A stretch of DNA of 64,000 bases. Origin: a virus. The notes beneath the pieces are model-generated. The model ran no database searches. It was not told where the DNA came from and saw nothing but the letters and a program-made list of their open reading frames with translations. The position numbers were made by a program, and so were the translations under genes. The stretch lies in IMG/VR virus record IMGVR_UViG_3300035436_000036. One strand, given 5' to 3'. This document shows positions 62,967 to 64,000 of the stretch, piece after piece; the first letter of the stretch is position 1; every line of letters starts with the position of its first letter.

Positions 62967-64000
62967 TGAGCTTTAAGCGCTATCTCGAAGAACAGAAGAA
63001 CACTCACATGGAACACGCAGAGGACCTTGTCCTCAATGCAGGCGTTCAGGGTGCTCGTATGGCTATCAACTACTTCCAGGGTGTCCGTGACATGCTGGCA
63101 GGTCACTCTAAGCGTGCAATGAACATCACAGTAAAGTGGGACGGTGCTCCTGCTGTGTTCGCTGGTGTGGATCCATCCGATGGAAAGTTCTTTGTAGCCA
63201 AGAAGGGTATCTTCAACAAGAACCCTAAGGTGTATAAGACTCCTGCAGAGATCGATGCAGACACTTCTGGCGACCTCGCAACGAAGCTCAAGATGGCTCT
63301 CAATCACTTCAAGGGTCTTGGTATCAAGGGTGTTGTGCAGGGTGACCTGTTGTACACACATGACACTATCGACCACACAGAGATTGATGGTGAGGCTTAC
63401 ATCACGTTCCAGCCTAACACAATCGTATATGCTGTGCCTGCAGACTCTAAGCTAGCCAAGCAGATCCTTCGTTCGAAGATTGGCGTTGTGTGGCACACTC
63501 TTTACACTGGTGACTCATTTGAGACGATGAAGGCATCGTTCGGACAAGCGATTTCAACTAAGCTGAACAACTCTGCGAGCGTCTGGCATACTGATGCTAC
63601 GTTCAAGGACGTATCGGGTGCAGCAACGTTCACAGACGCTGAGACAAAGGCTCTGACGGGCATTCTATCGAAGGCAGGCCTACTGTTCAAGTCGATTCCT
63701 GCAAGCACTCTGAACGACATCTCAGACAACGATGAGTTCCTGATGCGTGTCAAGACGTTCAACAACTCTAAGGTTCGTGCTGGCGAGAAGATCACTAACA
63801 CCTCTGCTCACGTTACTGGTCTGATGAACTTCATTCATGGTTATTATCAGAAAGAAGCTGAAAAGAAGAAGACAGAGGCCGGGAAGAAGGTTCAGCTGGA
63901 CAAGCAGAAAGAGATGCTTCGCTACTTCACCAACCACAGCAAGTCTGACATCGTCAAGGTGTTCGATCTGATGAACCTTATGGTCGACTGTAAGGACATG
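62966..64000 (+). CDS. KxDG nucleotidyltransferase (ATP-dependent DNA/RNA ligase-like), 3'-truncated by window end
   Basis: Motif I NITVKWDGAP near N-terminus; ORF continues past position 64000. Confidence 0.4.
   Translation, partial: MSFKRYLEEQKNTHMEHAEDLVLNAGVQGARMAINYFQGVRDMLAGHSKRAMNITVKWDGAPAVFAGVDPSDGKFFVAKKGIFNKNPKVYKTPAEIDADTSGDLATKLKMALNHFKGLGIKGVVQGDLLYTHDTIDHTEIDGEAYITFQPNTIVYAVPADSKLAKQILRSKIGVVWHTLYTGDSFETMKASFGQAISTKLNNSASVWHTDATFKDVSGAATFTDAETKALTGILSKAGLLFKSIPASTLNDISDNDEFLMRVKTFNNSKVRAGEKITNTSAHVTGLMNFIHGYYQKEAEKKKTEAGKKVQLDKQKEMLRYFTNHSKSDIVKVFDLMNLMVDCKDM

Overview
This 64-kb window is a contiguous stretch of a T4-like (Tevenvirinae-type) myovirus genome, almost entirely on the + strand.

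- Main gene blocks: a late structural block in canonical T4 order (tail sheath gp18, tail tube gp19, portal gp20, prohead core gp67/gp68-like, prohead protease gp21, scaffold gp22, major capsid gp23), followed by replication, recombination and transcription genes recognisable by direct similarity to the T4 proteins (UvsY, UvsW, gp55, gp47, gp46, gp45, gp44, gp62, RegA, gp43 DNA polymerase, UvsX, gp41).
- I count 25 tRNA genes folded by eye in three clusters (27.9-28.2 kb, 32.4-33.4 kb, 33.8-36.0 kb), with long unassigned structured spacers between and after them.
- A 7-deazaguanine biosynthesis/DNA-modification-like cluster sits at 17.2-24.6 kb: QueE-like, XGPRT-like, QueD, FolE2-like, a candidate DpdA-like transglycosylase, a dCTP-deaminase-fold protein and a GT-A glycosyltransferase.
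- An RNA-repair set is split across separate genes: Rnl1-type ligase, Pnk kinase domain, calcineurin-like phosphoesterase, and a distant HAD phosphatase.
- Three or four freestanding homing-endonuclease-type genes are present: two GIY-YIG, one GIY-YIG-only domain protein and one EndoVII/HNH.
- The lysis cassette (holin and a multidomain endolysin) is on the - strand.
- At least 15 copies of a highly conserved sigma70-like early promoter cassette (GTTGACCTTTTTGTGAAAATAAGGGATAAGGGTATATAATG) are scattered through the window, together with T4-type late promoters (TATAAATA).
- The most unusual content is a late-promoter-driven module at 37.5-43.1 kb: two paralogous small membrane proteins, CsgF-like and CsgG-like curli secretion proteins, a curlin-repeat secreted protein, a secreted FecR-domain protein, and a CHASE2-sensor class III adenylate/guanylate cyclase. 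This combination in a lytic T4-like phage is not something I recognise as described.

All calls are from reading the sequence and the ORF translations; no searches were run. Coordinates of re-assigned starts and RNA ends may be off by a few nt.
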